DNA from: Squalus acanthias
Lineage: Eukaryota
Assembly: GCA_030390025.1 (NCBI GenBank)
Contig: CM059433.1
Span: forward strand, 3,782,001-3,846,000
Direction of reading: 5' to 3'
Length of the DNA: 64,000 bases
Below, piece after piece: positions 63,053 to 64,000 of the stretch. Below the pieces are notes generated by a model. It saw nothing but the letters and a program-made list of their open reading frames with translations, had not been told where the DNA came from and did not search any database. The position numbers were made by a program, and so were the translations under genes. Within the stretch, counting starts at the first letter, position 1, and the number at the start of each line of letters is the position of its first letter.

Positions 63053-64000
63053 TTTTGATAGAGATTCGTATTTTATATATATTTTATATATAAGTTAAAC
63101 GTAGAATAGTTGCAATTGCAGACATAAGCTAATGTAAGGGTGTTCTGGATACATTGGGTTTCCCAGATTTTTACCTAAGTCAAACAGGGCAGAAAGCTCT
63201 GGCACCACTTAGGAGAATTTACCGTCTTTTGCAGGTTTGAGCTCTGAAATGCATGGTAACAATATAACAAGTGGCTCAGTAGCATTATTACTGGTGTGCT
63301 CTGATTGGCTTCTCAGTTGTGGATTTGTTGTAACCATCTGACTTTGCAGAACCAATACAGAGTAAAGTTAAACGGCTCTGTCGCTGCACTGAGGAAAGGG
63401 AGTAAACGCGTATTCTCATTAACTCATTCTCAGTGCATTCAGATAAACTCAGTAACTCCAGCGTTTTCTGTTGTTATTTCGGATTTCCAGCATCCGCAGT
63501 ATTTTGCTACCAGATAAACCCAGTGCTCTAAGTTTCACCAAGAGGGATTATTAAAAGGAATATCCCTCCTGATGAAACTTAGGAAGACGAAACTATTGTA
63601 AATTTAGGAACATTTCCACAAAAAACAAAAAAAAAAGATCGTAAAATGTCAGGGGAATGGACACAAGAGTTGTAAAGCTGTAATTTTTCGCTTGACGATC
63701 TTCACACTGGGTGAACTCCAGGTCTCAGTTGTGTCGTCTGGAAAACACAACTGAGTAGATGCCAGCCTTCTCCGCGAGTGGGGAGGAAACTCCGAAAAAG
63801 AACTTACCCCAACCACGTACAAAGAATTGTGTAGAAAATCAGGGGAAAGCCTGGGTTTTGGAGCGGAAGGAACAGGGTGGGAAATATTCCTGTCATACCT
63901 CGCAGGAGTTGGACCTATCAGACAAGTTTACTTTGCAATAACAAAGTTTCAAAAATTTTAAATAAAATTTAGCAAGGAGGCAAGAAAGAATCTTACAACG

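Noticed and set aside
63569..63600. Hammerhead-like CTGATGA..GAAAC..GTA
   Set aside because: Stem II closes poorly (aactt vs aagac) and no stem I can form around the putative cleavage site.

Overview
Repeat-dominated, non-coding vertebrate DNA, almost certainly from a cartilaginous fish (shark/ray), judged from HE1/V-SINEs, Deu-domain SINEs and elasmobranch-type CR1 and Penelope sequences. I could not recognise any host protein-coding exon, so this is probably a large intron or intergenic region. The window is a dense, nested mosaic of several kinds of element: (1) CR1, L2 and a second CR1-group LINE family; (2) about a dozen PIF/Harbinger-type elements with GG(G/C)NNG(A/G)A(A/T)TT-like termini, including a decayed two-gene copy (DDE transposase plus Myb/SANT gene) at ~41.2-45.1 kb; (3) a full-length 2.4-kb Tigger/pogo DNA transposon with TIRs, TA target duplications and a nearly intact jerky/TIGD-like DD32D transposase (57140-59552); (4) Penelope pseudo-LTR remnants carrying minimal hammerhead-ribozyme motifs, one with a complete core (33475-33510, minus); (5) several minisatellites that arose inside transposons. 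The most notable structures are a MITE inserted next to the catalytic Asp codon of a Harbinger transposase, an element nested inversely into its own family copy, a tail-swapped V-SINE, and a 24-copy amplification of the CR1 3'-UTR recognition motif. Family names come from motif recognition, not database searches. Element boundaries without TIR/TSD evidence are approximate.
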